Shown piece by piece: positions 46,721-60,404 of a stretch of DNA of 64,000 nucleotides. The stretch is from Lama guanicoe (Eukaryota). The notes under the pieces are model-generated. The model was not told the origin of the DNA, did no database searches, and worked only from the letters and a program-made list of their open reading frames with translations. The translations under genes and the position numbers were made by a program. Every line of letters starts with the position of its first letter. The stretch's first letter is position 1. The DNA lies in NCBI GenBank assembly GCA_013239625.1, contig MU053881.1, forward strand, positions 16,050,373-16,114,372, read 5' to 3'.

Positions 46721-48437
46721 CCACGTCCCTTCCATCGCCCCTCAATCCCTGGGCCAGACTGGTCCTCAGCACCTGGAGCCAGGCAAGCGGGTCTGGGACT
46801 TCTCAGGCTGTCCTCCTGCCCTGGCTGGAGGCAGCTCACCCAGGGCCTGGCAGCCAAGCAGGCAGATTCCCGAGCCCTGAGTTCACACCTGGCCTCTTGG
46901 GTATCCCACGTGAAAAACAGATAAGCCCCGAGAGGGACTGCAATAAGCAAACTGTTTTGCTTTCAGATTTCAAAACCCAAAAGTCCCATGGAATGAACTC
47001 ACAAAGGCAAGAGCATTCGTCCATCTCCTGTGTTGACAGGTGAGCCCCAACTCGGGGTTCCCCTGGAGAGAAGTCCCCCAGCCTCAACTTGCAGGGCGGT
47101 AGTCCTTCCGGCCAGGCAGAGGTGGCCTGAACCAGGATCTAACTCCATCGTGCCCAGATACACCTGCGGCCATCCTTCCTCTGAGACAAGTTCTAGGTTG
47201 CTGTCGTGGCTTGGTCTCGATTGGGGGGTCGGCCTTCTCTGTTTTCCGGATCTAGCCACAGGGACCTCCCTTCCCAAGTGTTCATGGTGCTTTTGTACAT
47301 GTGGTTTCATTCATTCACTTGACAACAATTTACTGCTGTGTGCCTGGCACTGTTCTAGCTTCAGAGAGCCCCCTCCCTGATGGGCACCCCCCACAGGTCC
47401 ACCTTGGCTGTGGCTCCAATGTCACTACCTCCGACGTCTCCCCAACCCTCCCAGGCACTGTGGGTTGCCTGCTGCCACTCATGATCTTGACACCGCCCTT
47501 CCCCCTGCAATGCCACGCCTGGGTAGAGCCTCTGTCCCCCACCCAGAGACCATGAACCACACATCCAGGATTTCCAAATCTCTCATATCCATTCAAGGCT
47601 GGGAACTAGGACAGAGGAGTGACTGGCGTTTCCAGGAGAGACTGCAACTTGTAAAAGAACACTAGCAAACACGAGGCCACGGTGAAGCTGAAAGACAGGG
47701 CGGAAAGGGAGACTGTGTCCCACTCGCCAGCCAGCAGGAGCCCTCTTGTTTGAGTTATTTTTTGAGCCAAGTGTTCTCCAAGTTCCAGGCATATCTTTCA
47801 ATGTGAAACAGTACTCAGCCCAGGCTGTGTCTATCTGGGGACAGAGGTGACTGCTGGCACCACAGGGGCAGGCCTGCGAGGCACGCCATGGCCCGTGGAG
47901 CCCAGGAGCCCTGCTCTGCTGTGTCTGCTGAGCAAACAGCCCCGGGGATGTGCAGTCAAGCTGGGACTTTCCTGTGTGGAAATGCCGGGGAAAATAACCC
48001 CAGGGGGGTGCACGAGGTGGGGGGCTATTTCTGGTGAGGTGCCCAGGAGAACAGCTCTGCTTCCGCAGGGGTTTCCAGTGGGTCCCCGTGGCCCACAGAG
48101 GGGGGCTGTGCCAATCGGGGCAAATGAGTTGGCTGCTCTTGGGTTTCAAGTTCCTCTCCTGTAAAATGAGGGGGCAAACCCCTGCCTTCTCAGGTTGTAT
48201 GAGAATGAAACGAGACTGCTTGTGTGGATCAGGGGCCAGCAGGCTTACTCTGTGAATGGCCAGGTAATATTTTGGGTTCTGTTGTGACGACTCAATTCTG
48301 CTGTGAGAGCGTGAAGCAGGCACAGATGACCTGTACGTGAAGGGACGTGGCCATGGGGAGGAGGCCTTCCTGAGGCCTGGGGAGGGCAGGGGGTGGGAGG
48401 ACATGGTGGGGAGAGGAAGGCTTAGACACTGACCTCT

Positions 48438-48740
48438 ACCAGGGTCAGTAAATTATGGCCAGCCACCTGTTTCTGTATGGTCTGTGAGCTAAGAACAGCT
48501 GTCACATTTCCAAATACTTGAAAAGAAATCAAAAGAGTATTTCACCACGCACAAAAGTGATATGAACTTCAACTTTCAGCGTCCACGAATAGTTTTGTTG
48601 GCGCATGGCCATGTCTGTTTATGGATGGTCTGTGTCTGCTTTTGGACCATGGTGGGGCTGAGTTGTGGTGATGGAGTTTTGCCCAACAAAGCTGAAAATA
48701 CCAACCCTCTGGCCCGTCACAGGAAAGGTGTGCCGGCTAC
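48438..48740 (+). mobile_element. MER58B
   Basis: cagggtcagtaaattatggcc...gagctaagaac...aaagctgaaaata. Confidence 0.7.
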
Positions 48741-49586
48741 CATTCTAGGGGCTCTCAGTTACATGTCCCCTTCTCCCAAATGGGACCAGGGCAGTGCTGG
48801 GACGGGGAGAAGACTCTGACACTCAGACGTGCAATGTGTGAGCAAGAGAGGGCGTGAGTGTTGCCTGGGCTGACTGTGGTCTCTGCCCAAGGCACAGCAG
48901 GGACACAGAGAAGCAGGACCAGGAAGCATGGAGGGCAGAATGGGCCAGCATATCACAGGCCCAGAGGGGCTGAGCGGAGAGACAGAGAAGCCTGCTTCCC
49001 TGGAGCTGGGGAAGGGATAAGCCCGGCTGATGCGGTTTCCACAGAGCTGCTGCGCAGGGAACGGATGGAGGCAGCCAAGGCTGGCAGAGGGTGGCTGGAT
49101 GTGGGGAGGATGAGGACAATGGGAATGGGGTGGCAATGATGGCAGTGAGGGGCAGTAGCTGTGGGGTGGAAGATGGGACCCCCGATCCCCTGCCAGCCCA
49201 CGCAGGTGACCGCTGAGGGCTCACTGGGCTTGTGGGTACAGTGCAGGAAGTGAACAAATTACCCCCAACTTCATGGCTCCCTGAGTCACAGATGAGGAAG
49301 TGGTCTTTCCAGGGCCCAGCTGACACCCAGCCTCGGCCCGGGTTCTGTTCTCTTCCTGTTGCCCACGGGGCTTGGGACACCCAGCAGGCTTTCTCTAGCC
49401 AGCTGCTGGATGGATAGACGGACAGGCGGATGCAGGCACGTACAGAGAGCCAAGTGCTGACAGGACGTGACACTCACCCCCTTTCCATGACCCCCATTCA
49501 TAACAGGCTCTGTCCTTTTTTTTTTTTTTTAAGTATCTTCCTGGTCTATGATCTCAAACTTGTATCTAGTTATTATGTCTAGTCTT

Positions 49587-49715
49587 TAATTTTTTTTGGC
49601 AGGGGGAGGTAATTAGGTTTATTTATTTATTTTTAGAGGAGGTACTGGGGATTGAACCCAGGACCTCGTACATGCTAAGCATGCACTCTGTCGCTAGAGC
49701 TATACCCTTCTGCCC
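49587..49715 (-). mobile_element. tRNA-Ala-derived SINE
   Basis: ggggaggtaattaggtttattt...ggggattgaacccaggacctcg. Confidence 0.88.
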
Positions 49716-50129
49716 AGGCTCTGGCCTTCTTATCCATAACAGCACTGACTGTCAGCCACAGATGTGGGCAGAAACACTGAAAACACAGCATGGGCTCCTG
49801 GGGCCAGGATGAGGCTTTTTGAAACAGATTTCTACCAAGGGCGAACTGTGCCGGGGAGGGGATGGTGGGGAGTTGGGGGTGGAAGATGGAATCTTAGGGA
49901 AAAAAAGAAAAAGAAGCCAAGTATGAAACAAGTTATTGTACCTCCTATTTCACTACATTTTGGTTTAGGTTATAAATGAAACCACGTGCTAGGTCACAGA
50001 AAGAATAAAGAACAGATTAAGCTTTGATGGGGGAGGGTCTGGCTTGCTTCTTCCTGCACCAAAAATATTTGAGGAATTCATCAAGATCCCTGAGGGGTCG
50101 TTTTACCCATTTGATTCCCAAATCATTCT

Positions 50130-51010
50130 CTTTGGGGTTTTACTTCGTTCTTTTTCTCAGGTTTTTGAGTTGGGAAATTAACGCACTTGCTTTCATATTT
50201 TCATATTCATTCATGGCTACGAGTTGTCCTCTCATTACTGCCTTAAATGTATACCATGGGTTCTGATAATATACAGTTTTGATCACTGATTTTTAAAAAG
50301 TCTGTAATTTTGGTTTATAGATCCCTCTTCATCCAAGAGTTAACAGAAGGTTAGTTTTTCTTTTAAAAAAAAATTCCATATGGAAGGGCATTTAAAAGAA
50401 TCAATTTCTTGTTTTACTGCATTAAGAGTGTTGACCATAATATTTCTACTTTTGGAAATTCTAGATGCTTTCTTGGTGACCTAATATATGGATGAGTTTT
50501 GTGAACGTTCCATGAATACTTAAGATTTATTCTCATATTGGAGTGAAGTGTTTGCAGTATGGCCACAATCTGTCTAAATGTGTAGTTTGGGCATCTTACA
50601 TCCTTGGTGTTTGCTGTTCACTCAACTAGTCTTGTGTTATGTGTTTGTATCTATTTCTCCTAGTATCTTTTATAATTTCTACTTTGCAAAAGCAGCTGTT
50701 GTGCTGTGGGGTGCATAGATATGTAACTATTATACCCTGATGGTAAATTGAGGATTTTGGCATTATGATGAATTTCCTTCATCACATATAATGTTCAGGG
50801 GCCTGAGCTCTACCTTTTACACACTGGAATTGTGGCTGTGTTCCATCCTGTTTCTGTCTGCCACATTTGTGCCTATCCTTTTATTTTGAGCTTCCCGAAC
50901 CACTTTGGGTTAGGTGTGTCTTATTCATAAAACATGGATTTGAAATTTGCCTTGTGAGGCAAGCTGAAAACTCTCTCCCTTTAGGTAGATTGCGCCCATT
51001 TAAATTTAGC
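50130..51010 (-). mobile_element. Old L1M fragment
   Basis: AT-rich; cctaatatatggatgagttttgtgaacgttccatg, ggtgcatagatatg, taggtgtgtcttatt. Confidence 0.6.
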
Positions 51011-52748
51011 AGCATGATGCACTCATCCCCTCGTTAGCTCTCCTCCCATCTGCTGCTTGTCGGTGTGGCTGAGTGACTAGAGGTCAGAACAATTCTCCAA
51101 CTCACTTCTGATGACTTCCTGAAATCCTGCACCTTTTGTAAAGATTTTCCAGCCTCACTTTGCAACTGATCTGTTTTAATTTGTGTGGTGGGATGCATCT
51201 GGGGAGAGGAGCCACCAGGCTTAGTGGACTGGATGGAGTCATACTTAGGCTGAGCCGAATCGGGAGTACGAGCGGAAGGCTTGTTCTGTAAGTGGGTGGC
51301 TCACTATGGAAGGGTTCATCTTGGGATGACTTTGCTTCCCTATACAACTTTCAAACTGCAAGCTGCTGATGACAAGAACTGCAAGGACTTCTGATACTTT
51401 CTTTGCAGCAAAACTAAGCATTTGCACTTGTGGGGAAAGGTGCGCTTCCAGGGGTGGGCTGGAGGGAGCGTCGGTGGTCTCCAGATCATCCCTCTACTCT
51501 CCCTGCAGGCGCTTGAGCCTGTCTCTACACCCTCAAATGGGGCTGCCCCTTGGGGCTCCAGGCTCCCCTTGGGCCCACCCTCCATACCCAGGGAGAGGAA
51601 ACCTGTCATCCAGGGGCTCCCCTGGTTATAGCAGTGAGGATGGAGAGTCAGAGCTGTCAAGATTTCAGTTCTCAACCCCAACCCCCACCTGCCCCGTGAG
51701 TCACCACTACCTTACTGCTCTGGTAGCTTGAGGGGAGGGAGAGAAAAGGTTGAGCATCCAAATATGGGCTGTGGGGGCCTGTTAAAGACACAGAGTCTCG
51801 GGCCCCATCCCAGACTTGCAAAATTTCTGGAAAGGCTAAGGAATCTAAATTCTTAAACCAGAGCCCAAGGGTATTCTTCTGATTCCTGGAAGGGTTAGAA
51901 CTGCTGCTCTAGGGTTTATTATGGGAATGAAGTATCTCTAGGAAGAAATAAAGCAAGAGGATGTCTACTTACACCCCTCCCTCTTTTTTAAACATTTGGA
52001 ATAGGGATCTTGATAGTCAAGAGCAGGACAGGGAAAGAGCTTTGCGCTGGGTACACCTAGTTTAATCAGACCACTCTCCTAATGCTTAGCGCCAAGAGAT
52101 GGGAAACTTTCATACTCAGGGTTTCACGGAGATTAGCCACTGCCCACTTGCACCCCACCCCCAGGTGGGTCCTATTCCCATCCTGCCTGCCACTCGATGG
52201 CCTTGTTCAGCCAGACCCAGCAAGCTGGAGGGGACATGGAGGAGAAACCAGGTCCCTGTGATGATGTTGGAATAGGCACAGGAGAAGAAATCATTGTTGA
52301 GAGCCACCTCCCAGCTTTGCTTCCTTATAGCCCTGAGAGGCAAGGGATCATCTGGGAAACTGAGTTTGGTGGCTTGGCCCAAGTCCTGGCAAAGGGCTCT
52401 GCTTTGTCCTGACGCAGGTCTGGCTGGGAAGCCGGTACTCTGCACACCAACCCGGTTGCTGGACACTGTCACCTACCCACACCAGTGGGGCCTCATGGCT
52501 GAAGCTCAGGTAGTGGTGGGAAACATTTCAGAGGAAGAGATGACAGGATATGGTGACAGCGAGCGCGCAGGCAATGGAGGAAAGCACCGAAGACCAATGG
52601 TGATGGTGCAGGCGACTGAAATGGGGAAGTGGGAGAGGGCGGAGATGCGGGAGGTCAAAGTTCAGTCTGCCATGCCCTGACCTGAGATTTGCTTTGCCCG
52701 TCTCACACCTGGTGGGAGCTTGTCTGCGTGAGGGGGGTGGAGGAAGCT

Positions 52749-53360
52749 CAGGGTCTACAGACTAGTCCCCAGGCCACATGTGGCTTGATAAGCCTTTTTT
52801 CCCCTTAATACCCTTTTAATTTTAGAATAGTTTAAGATTTACAGGAAAATTCTAAGAATATTACAGAGAATTCCCACGTGCCGCACGCTCAACTTCCCCT
52901 ACTGTTAACATGATGGTGGTAGGTTCACCACAACGAATGAACCAATACTGACAGATACATTATTATTAACTGAGTTTGCATTTCATTCGGATGTCCTCAT
53001 TGCCCATCCCCCCCAACCCTGCCATGTCCCTTTTCTGTCCCAGGATCCCACATTATATGGAGTTGGCACATCTCCTTGGCATTTCCATGCCAAGTTTCTC
53101 AGCCTTTCCTTGCTTTTGAGACCTTGACAGTTTTAAGGTGGGCTGGCTCAATACCTTGTATAATTTCCTTCAATTCGGGTCTATCTGATGCTTCTCTCCC
53201 ACGGCCTGTGTTTTGTTTTATTGGCAAATGGCCCCACTCATTCATTTCCTGATTGTCTGGCTACTTTTGCTCTACCACGTGGAGTGAGTACTGCGTGGCC
53301 CCCAAATCCAGAAATGCTAATTACATGGCCCTTTTACAGAAACAGGGTGCAGATCCCTGG
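52749..53360. mobile_element. MER58B halves split by an L1MC/MD fragment (~52800-53190)
   Basis: cagggtctacagact ... atggcccttttacagaaac...tgcagatccctg; L1 ttttagaatagtttaagatttacagg. Confidence 0.6.
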
Positions 53361-53839
53361 CATAAACTACTATGTCAGGGTAGTTTAATCCAGGATACAC
53401 TCCACAGGAGCAGCCACCGCAAACCCGCTCTGGCCAATTTTATCATTACTCAACACCAGGAGAGTTTGACCAATTAGCATAATGAATGTTCGAAGTGGAC
53501 TTCTATGGATGATAAGTGGTGATTCTCAAGACAAGTGGCTGGATAAAACATTTCTGAGGCACTTTCCACACTTGTTTGAGAAATTCCACCCAGTGGCCTA
53601 TTCCTTAGGGACAGGGACTCAGGTCTGACCTCAAGCCAGTCCCATACCCAGCTGCTGGATCAGGGGCTCATGTGGGGCCCCAGGAGATGGAGCTCAGGTG
53701 CACCTGGAGCCACCAAAGAGGTCAGAGCTGACAAAACCAGTTCTAGGACAGCTAATTTTAAGATGGGAAGGAATCTGAGAGGTGGGTGGGGCAGGACCTG
53801 GCAGGGAGCATTCCGGGTGGGTAAAGCCCGCTCTGCATT

Positions 53840-54380
53840 TGTTTTAATTGTGCTAAAATTCAATAAACAAGGTTCCACTGCACATCACAGGGAACTATAT
53901 TTGATAACTGGTAATAATCTATGATGAAAAAGAATATAAAAAATGTATAACTGAATCACTATGCTGTACACTAGTAATTAACACATTGTAAATCAACTAT
54001 ACTTCAATTAAAAATAAATAAAATTAGATTCACATAACAAAATTCACCGTTTTAACCACTTTAACGTACAGTTCAGTGGCATGCGGCATGTTCGCTACGT
54101 CATGCAACTATCAGCTCTATCAAGTTCCAGAACATTTCATCACCCCAAAAGGAAACCCTGTACCCATGAGCAGTCACTCCCCATCCCCCTGGTCCCAGCC
54201 CCTGGCAACCACTAATCTGCTTCCTGTCTCCCTGGATCTGCACGTTCTGGACATTTCATGTAGATGGGATCATAAGTATGTGGCCTTTTGTGTCTGGCTT
54301 CTTTCACTTAGCTTGAAGTTTTTGAGGTTCACCCACACTGTCTTGGGTGTCATTCCTTATCCTGGCTGAGTAATCTCTGT
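53840..54380. mobile_element. L1MB fragment (minus) with a younger L1 3' end (~53862-54022, plus)
   Basis: aaacaaggttccactgcacatcacagggaactata...aactgaatcactatgctgtacac. Confidence 0.8.
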
Positions 54381-55379
54381 TGTATTTACTCAGCTTTGAA
54401 AAGGGGCCATAAAAGCAGCAGCCAGGCCTGCCTTGGTGGGTGGCTCCATCTTCCTTGGGTCTGGGGAAGCCATGGCTGGTGCTGACCACTGGATCCAAAG
54501 GCCATTAGACACCCTCAATGCTCAGGTGTAAAGAGCTTCCAGCCACCTCTTTTTTCAGGTGGAAGCGAGCCTCCCTTTTGACCTCCCATCACAGGCTGCT
54601 CCAGCCTTCACTTCTCTCGTAGGGGCCCCTCTTCCTTATGGGGCAGCTCTGGAACAGGTGCAGAAGGCAGCCCACGCACCAAAGGGCTGCCCTAGCCTCC
54701 CCATGAGATTTGTCCCTGAGCTCAGCATCGCTGTGACCTCATCCCAGTGCTCCCTCACTCCCTGCTCTTCCACAGCTGAAACCTGGGGTTGCTGAGCTAG
54801 ATTAGCTGCTGTGGGAAACAAATGGGCCCTGAACACCAAAAGGTCCCTCAGAGCCTCAGGGTGTGGGCCAGGGAGCCCCACAGTGCTGGCTCTGTCCTAG
54901 GACTCTGCTGTCCCCCTGACCTTCTGGGTCTCTCCTCCACCTCTCCCTGCAGGCCTCAGGGTGCACTTAGCTAGGTGATGGTGCAGGAGGACACAGCATG
55001 TGCAAAGGCCCTGGGGCAGGAGTGATCAGGAGGTGGAACGGAGAGGTCGACCTACTGTAGATTGCACAGTGGAGTTGGGCTTCCTGGCAGCTCTTGGCCC
55101 TGAAGACCTGGAGGTGGTAAATTCCAAGGGGAGGGTGCAGTCACATGCCTTGAGGGGACAGAACTGGTCCAGGCATTCTGGCAGAACTGGAGAAGTTCCC
55201 TCAGGGGCTGCACATCCTTGCCATCTTCTCTCTCCCCCTCCCCACAATCTCATCAGTAGTCACACCTCCAACCAGCAGCTCTGTCCAGGCGGGCGCTCCT
55301 AGATCCACGTGGATCCCTGCAGACTCTGTCCAGAGCCCCAGGCCTGATTTTTAACTGCACATCCTAGAGGCCCCTAAAC

Positions 55380-55553
55380 CAGAGTGGGATTCTTGGTCTC
55401 AGCGCTACTGGCATTTGGGGTCGGTCGCATAGTCTTTGCAGAGGGGGCTGTTCTGTGCACTGAAGGATGCTGAGCATCACCCCTGGCCAACCAAAAAACA
55501 CCTTCAGACGTTGTCAAATGTCCCTAGGGGGCAGAATTACTCCCTGAGAACTG
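55380..55553 (-). mobile_element. MER20
   Basis: ctgttctgtgcactg...gagcatcacccctggcc...caaatgtccctagggggcagaatt. Confidence 0.65.
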
Positions 55554-57509
55554 AGCCTTAGTTAAAAAATTGGCTGCCCTGGAGATCCCTGGGTTCTCAG
55601 GAAGGGCCAAGTGGAACTGTGTAAATTCTCACAGGTTGCTGTGTATTACTCTTCCTTAAAGGGGAGATGATACGATCCAGCATTTCCTGACACCTCACAC
55701 CACGGAAGGCTTTGGGCCCAGGCCCCTGACCACTGCCAGGAGGTGCCATTTCCCCCTCCACTCAGGAAGAGCTTGTCAGCAGCCTTGAGCTGGGATCACA
55801 GGGCTGGTCAGCGGCTAGGTAGCCAACCGAGAGCCTCGGGCTAGACCCCCTGGCCTTTTCAAAAGGCAGGTCACTTTCAAGGGTGAGGTAACTGAATTCT
55901 CATCAGGCCTGGCCTTGGGAGCTGGCCGTGGCCAGTGGTGGCTAAGCAACTCAGAGGGCGGCTCCCCAGTTATGTTGGGGACAGGGCCCCAAAGCCGCTC
56001 CATCCTAGATAATCGCTAAGAAATAAATCTGCTGCCAGGCCCTGTGGTTACTTGATGCCCAGCCGCATCCCCGCCTAGGCAGATGTGCTGATGGACAGCC
56101 CCACCCCACACCCAGCCCTGGAGCAGCAAAGTGCCCAGAACATGTGGAAAGGGCGGCGGCCGTGGCAGGGGTGTCCCGGGCCCGGAGCTAAGCTTTGCCT
56201 TTTAATCAACTCTCTCTACCAATTCCAAGGAAGCCTTTCTGGGTGCTTAAAATACACCTGTAATTTCACTCTTCCCTTAGACACAGTGTTCCCAAAAATA
56301 TAACTTCCACTTTTGTCTAAAATAGCCTGAGATTACTGCAATGCGTCAGGGCTCTGCACTTCTAGGCAGCAGGCCAGAAAGGCACCCTTGCACGTCTGCA
56401 GGGCACGGGAGGGGCAGAGAGTGTCATGGGCCATACCTTCCAGGTGGCCAGCCCCTTCCTAATGCTTCCAGGGGCCCCTTGATCAGAGGCCTAGGCATTC
56501 ACGGCTGTAGGGCACCCTGATCCTCTCCACACCCCCAAAGACAATCTCTCATCTTTCTGTATCCCTCTCTTGCTCCGGTGGGGCCCCACATCTCAGCTGG
56601 GTAGTCTCTGGGCTGTCGGTCACTCTGCCTCCGTTCCATCTTTCTGATCCGGGTGGCTACTTGCAGCGGCTCCCTCCATTTTCTGCATTATGTGACGTCC
56701 CCGTGGTGAGCTGGGAACTCCCATGCCTGCTAGTCTGAACCTAGCACCACGGCTGGGAACACAGCCACCCCAACCCCGGGCCACGAGCAGCTCATCCTTA
56801 TGCTCATCTCTCTAGCTGAACTGTCCCCTTGCCGTGTGCTCCAGTGCATCCTCCTGGGCACACATCTGGCACCCCAGACGCAAGCTTCCTCCAGGGGTGC
56901 TGTGGCCCTGAGTATGCACCTCTGGCCTGGCCCCATCAGCCCCAGGGAGTTCATGCTGCCTTTCCTGGCAACTCGAGGGGGATCCAGGGGTTGTTGGGGG
57001 GAGGGTGGGTCTGGGAGGCACTAGGGTCTTGCTTGGTGTCCTCAGGGCCTGGGATGCTGGGAACCCTCTGAGGCCCCTCTGTGAAATGCAATACCAGGAG
57101 GGGGCCCTACAAAGCCCCTACCACCCTCAGCCAGAGCTCACACACCCTTGCTGCACAAGCGCTCCCAGTTGCCTGTGGGACACAGAGCACGTGATCAGGA
57201 GAGTGAGAGCAGCAAAGTGAACTTATGAGACGAACCTCTGGGACATCCACGTCCAAGTCCTTCTTTTCTGACCCCTCCCCCACAAGACTGATTTAAGACA
57301 CCCCTGTGGGTAAATGTATGTTTATGAATATATAAATACATATGGCACAGACCAATGCAGAAAGATTTGAGTTGGTGATAGGAGTCATTTGGACAAATAA
57401 GGGGACCTGGTTTCCTTATCTTTGGGGGGAGAGAGCAGAGCAGAAGTCAGAAGTGTGCACAAGGGAAGTAACTGGAATGTTCTGGAATGTTCTACATGCA
57501 CACAAAGGT

Positions 57510-57730
57510 CAAGGGGTCAAGCAAACCTTTCGTATCCAGGGCCAGGTGTTAAGTATTTTTTTGGCCCTGTGGGCCATATGGTGTCTCTGTCACAACTGCC
57601 CCACTCTGCCTAGTAGTGTGAAAGCCACTACAGATGGTATGCAAATGAGCAGGCTTGGCTGTGTGCCAATAAAACTTTATGTATAGAAACAAGCCAGTTT
57701 CACCCATGGGCTGTAGTCTGCCAATCCCTG
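57510..57730 (+). mobile_element. MER58A
   Basis: ggctgtgtgccaataaaactttat...gggctgtagtctgccaatccctg. Confidence 0.75.
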
Positions 57731-58609
57731 GTACACACAGAAAGGAATTATACCTCAAATAAGGAAAAAGATCTTTTTTAAAAAGGTTAAAAAAAAAAGA
57801 AGCAGTATATGAAAAAATGCAAAGCTATAATAAAATGCGTCACAATTTTGCCAGAGTGGGGTGGATAACCACGCATGCTCCCCGGCAGTGAAAACTACCA
57901 CAGCAGCCCTGGTTTGTTTCCTGTTGGGGAGACACTTAAAGGAGAAGAGAGAAAAGTTGAACCACAGTCAACATCTGGAGTTAGGTTCAGAAAGTCACCA
58001 GTCATGCCCCCAGGAGGACAAGGTGGAGGGTGACAAAATTCTGTGCAGAGGATCCAGCACTAACTGCATCAGAGGACAGCTAAAGCCCTTTCATTATGTT
58101 TGCCTGCAAGGAAACCTGCAGGGAGCGTGTGACTTCTCAGCTCAGTGTGGAGTGTCACCAAATGGGTGACTGCATTTTTTTTGCATTGACAAGCAGCTTT
58201 TAAAATAACATTTTAAGACTTAGCTCAAAGTGTGTCTGGAAGACCAAACTTGGGTGGAAAATCCAACCCTTGCAGCTGAGGGTGCTTTGTCATTGGTGAC
58301 AAAGACATTCAGAGATTTCTGGTGCTGGGTGGGCACTGACAGTTCTCTTGGCTCTGGCTGGCCACGGGGCGGGAAGCAGCGGCACCAGCCACTGATTCCT
58401 GGGAATGAATCAGATCGCCAGCCAGAAACGGCATCCCCGCTGGCCAGCCACCCCTCGTTGAGACGACGAGACAGACTGTGAGACAGAACTGAATACAGCT
58501 GGCTTGATGTGTAACTACAACAGCACGATGTTACCAAAAAAAAAAAAAATCTGGAACTATTGAGGCATAGAACATCTGTAGCATTGAAATCACTCTGCCT
58601 GCAGTCGGC

Positions 58610-58815
58610 TTGAAACTTCTTAACTGGGGTGATTCTGCCCCTTAGGAGACACTAGGTGACATCTGGGGACATTTCTGATTGTCCTGATGGGGTAGGGGGT
58701 GCTACTGTCACCTGGTGGGCGGAGGCCAAGGATGCTGCTCAGCACCTTACAATGCATGGGATGGCCCCCCACCCTGGAGAAGGATCTGGTCTCAGATGCC
58801 AGTGGTGTGGGAGCA
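58610..58815 (+). mobile_element. MER20
   Basis: ttcttaactggggtgattctgcccc...ggatgctgctcagcaccttacaatgca. Confidence 0.75.
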
Positions 58816-60404
58816 TAGCCTCGGTCCTCGTGTGCTTCTGTCTGTGAGGTCTGAAGCTAACCCCATGTGGGGGCTTATTTGCCCTCTCATCCTCTGTGAG
58901 ACCTGCCCTACTGCTGGCCCCCTCCCACTCTGGGTTCTGGCCTCAGCTCCTACCCTCCCTCGGGCTGCTCTGTCAACCCGGGGCCCCCCAACAACTTCCC
59001 CAAACATCCTGGGGAAGCCACATCGGGGACAGAAGCAGCCAGAGATTCTATTCCCCGCTCCTTGCAGCTGCCCGGGTGGGCCTCCCTCACAGGCTTTGCC
59101 TCCAGGCCCCACGGCATCCTCTCCTCCACTCTTGCCTGTCTCCCTATAACACCCATTTTCCCAGGAGTGCACCCTGACTCTCTCCTCCTTCTCCCATGTA
59201 GATTGTTGACCCCAATGTTCACACCTTTGACCTGCCAGCCACCCGGCCTAGAGGACAGCCTAAGGCCAGCAGAGCCTGGACCACTGGCTGGGGGTTGAGG
59301 CATCGCTCTCTGGAGCACCCCCGTTGCTGCCCCAGACTCTCCCAAGCCTAATTCCCACCTCTACCCCTCACCTCCCGTCAGCTGCCTATTGACATCTGAC
59401 TTTCCTATCAACAGATTAGGGAAACAAGCTGGTTCAGGGACTCTCACCCCCAAATGCCTTTGCATTCACATAAAGTAGACACAACCCAGGCCTCTGGGGC
59501 CTTAGGACTCGGGAGACAGACAGGCATCAGATAAAGGCTCCCAGCCCAGACATCCGTCTTGCTGCGAATGCCCTGGCCCTCTTTTGTGGGTGGGCGACAC
59601 CAGTGACTTCCCTCCTCCCGTCCCCATCCTAAGCCACCTCCCTGCTATGGCCCACACCCTGAAAATGGTCCTCAGAGGCCTGTCCATGGCCACATGCCCC
59701 TTTCTCAACATTTGCTCCACCTGGCAAATACGCCTCCTCCTGTATCTAACAAGCATGCTGCTTGGCCCCTGGACAACCTCTAAAACCTAACAAGCGCAGG
59801 GGTCCAGGGGGTCTCTGTGCTACTGGTACTCAGCTGCCCCTTTGATGAAGCACTGCAGACCACAGTCCACACCAGCGTCCCAGGAGCAGGTGCCTGCAGC
59901 CATCTCTGATCCTGCCTCCCCCTTCCCTTGGACTCTCTGCTCTGACCTCGGCTTGAGGAGCTTGGTCTGCTTTTTGAGGCCCCAGGTGGCCTGCCCCACT
60001 GCCCGCTACTCCTGAACTCCAGACGCCTACTGGCCACCAGCCTCTTAGCAAGTGTGGCAGGCACCTGCAGATGGGTGGCACAGACAGACGAACCTAGGTG
60101 TCTGCCTGCCCCGCCCAGTGCCTGGCGGGCCAGGGCGGGCCCGCACACCTGGAGCAGGCTGCGGGCCAGGGCTCTGCTCTCCTGCCTGGCTCCGCTCAGT
60201 CAACCCTGATAGTCTCCAGTGAGATCACTTCCATGTCTTCCCAACACTCTCGACTCTCCTGTTATGGCTGGAGGGGAACACTGATGGGGGTAATGCTGGC
60301 CTGGCTGGGGCAGGGAGGGGGCCAGAATGCAGGAGAAAACTCAACCGGAGACTCAGCCATGCATTTAGTGCTGAAATCACTGGTGAAAGATACACAAAAT
60401 GCGG

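Noticed and set aside
47583..49473. 273-aa and 216-aa minus-strand ORFs in intron 2
   Set aside because: Their Pro/Ser/Leu-rich composition is typical of random GC-rich frames, with no family similarity; the first overlaps a MIR-like fragment.
51245..51427. Signal-peptide-like small ORF (MLSFAAKKVSEVLAVLVISS...)
   Set aside because: It is in a different frame from the candidate exon, is short, and has no independent support.
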